Origin: Azolla caroliniana
Taxonomy: Eukaryota; Plantae; Polypodiophyta
Direction of reading: 5' to 3'
Assembly (NCBI GenBank): GCA_043228905.1
Contig: JBHGNT010000018.1
Location: forward strand, 5,642,001-5,706,000
Length of the DNA stretch: 64,000 nucleotides
The notes below the pieces were generated by a model. The model saw only the letters and a program-made list of their open reading frames with translations. It was not told the origin of the DNA and made no database searches. Position numbers and translations under genes: made by a program. Below, piece after piece: positions 62,497 through 64,000 of the stretch. The number at the start of each line of letters is the position of its first letter. Within the stretch, counting starts at the first letter, position 1.

Positions 62497-64000
62497 TCAA
62501 CTAACGTTTAGATCCATCTCTGAAGTCATAGCCCCAACAAAAAGCTTCCTGCATAAACAATTAAAAAAATGAGACCTCGGGATGATGAACAGCAGACATA
62601 CTTCTTCATATGTAGCTTCTGCTTGGGGGACAGATACTACAGGGGTGGACTTGATAACTACATGATTTTATTTTGTGAATTAAGTCATTTTTGGGTATGA
62701 AATTAAAGAAACTGAGAATTTAAGAGCTTCAAATACTTTTGCAAGGCACGTCCTTGGGTAGCCAATGCTCGCTCCAATCGCACCTCAAATGGAGTTGCAT
62801 GCCAGTTTACTTTCTGATCCTGTAGCAAAATATGGTACTCAATTATTATATCATTTAAGCATTTACAGTTGTAAAATAGACTACATTTAGAAAAAAAGAA
62901 GTAAAATACATAATAAACAAAAGTCACTACCTCTTTGTACTTATTGGTAGAGTTGGGGATACCTTTCCCATCCCACCATGGTTGAGTTGAAGATGAGGAT
63001 GAATGACTCCAATGAGCTGCAACAGTTCCCAATATCGGTCTATCCTCGGCAAGTTTGGCAGGGGATGGCCCGCTTTGTATAGAGTTAGGGGTTTCGGCTG
63101 TTAAAGTTGATGCAAAAGAAGCTCTTGATGGTGTAAGTCCCTGTTGGCTAGAATTGGTTTCTGTTAGCAATGACATGGAGTGAGAGTCTAGTGAATTTGG
63201 TGGTGAAAACAGCATATCTGAAGATGAACCTAGGGTAATCACATGTGGTGATCCTGGTGTTGCACCTGATGTCGCTTCCATTACAAACTGTTCCTTATTT
63301 TTACTTAATTCTTCCCCATCTAGAAATGTTGGTTTCTTAGGATCGCCATAGCCTGTCAATGTTGAGCTGAGAATTGTGGTAGTAATTGATGGATTTTGTT
63401 CTTGCTCAAATTCTCCCTCATTTAACATTTCTGATATACACAATGTGTTCTGGTCCAAGAATGCTACCTTGTCTACATGTGACTTTTTCACAGAAGCTCT
63501 GTCTTCTATGCCAGGAGTTTGCAGAAGCTGAGATGTGGTGTTTACTTCCTCACAATCATTGATGCATCTATCATTTTTATACTTAATAGAGTGCCTGTCT
63601 TCCTCTGAAGCGAAATTTTGCAGAATCACAGAATTCACTTTATCTGAATCATGGACAGGTACTATGTGTCTATCATTTAAAAGATCATTGTCAACCTCCT
63701 GTTCTCTATTGGAATCCATCAAATCAGCTTCAGAGAATCTAGAATTGCATACTTCATCAAAATCCTTGTCTTTCTCATTCCATGTCTGCTTAGACGACAC
63801 ATAATCCTGTGATATTGCTGCGTGGAAATCCATTTCACTGTCAGCATTGGAAAACATATCCGCCCTGGAGAAATCTAGAGATATTGCCTGTTCGGACAGC
63901 ACAGACTGCATCTCTTGCGTATCAGTACTAGTAGTGAATGCAAAATAGCTATCTAAAGCATCTTCTGCATTTTCACAACTCAGAACAGTTTCCTCTCTCA
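62497..64000 (-). CDS. JASON-like protein, 5'-partial; exons >64000-62931, 62819-62737 and 62548-62497
   Basis: Conserved C-terminus DRPILGTVAAHW...WDGKGIPNSTNKYKE|DQKVNWHATPFEVRLERAL. GT-AG introns at 62930-62820 and 62736-62549. The last exon gives KKLFVGAMTSEMDLNVS*. The frame stays open to the window end. Confidence 0.85.

Noticed and set aside
62703-63911. 402-aa single-exon ORF as the protein
   Set aside because: It reads through one intron and into another, and the frame continues upstream past 64000.

Overview
Eukaryotic land-plant DNA, probably a non-seed plant such as a fern, lycophyte or moss. This is inferred from the Tcn1-like and fungal-like Gypsy elements and the RTEX-like LINEs. 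Two host genes face each other at the edges: a PLAC8/DUF2985-type membrane protein (+, 5'-partial, ends at 1670) and a JASON-like protein (-, spliced, from 62497 past the window end). Between them lie about 59 kb of nested, mutationally disabled transposons. These comprise three complete Ty1/Copia elements with LTR pairs and TSDs (one nested in another), a Tcn1-like chromovirus inside a LINE, a 10.3-kb non-chromovirus Gypsy with a long extra ORF inside a hAT MITE, five complete hAT-type MITEs, several LINEs, a CACTA remnant and a rearranged Copia/Gypsy pile at 47.9-60.8 kb. The top observation concerns the Gypsy at 36289-46599. It has no polypurine tract; instead a tRNA-Arg 3'-end mimic ending in CCA (a second PBS on the opposite strand) lies 2 nt before its 3' LTR, which suggests tRNA or tRNA-like priming of plus-strand DNA. 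Also notable are a Tf1-style self-priming PBS and an RT-less in-frame PR-INT fusion in the chromovirus. All coordinates and alignments were made by eye; no database searches were run.
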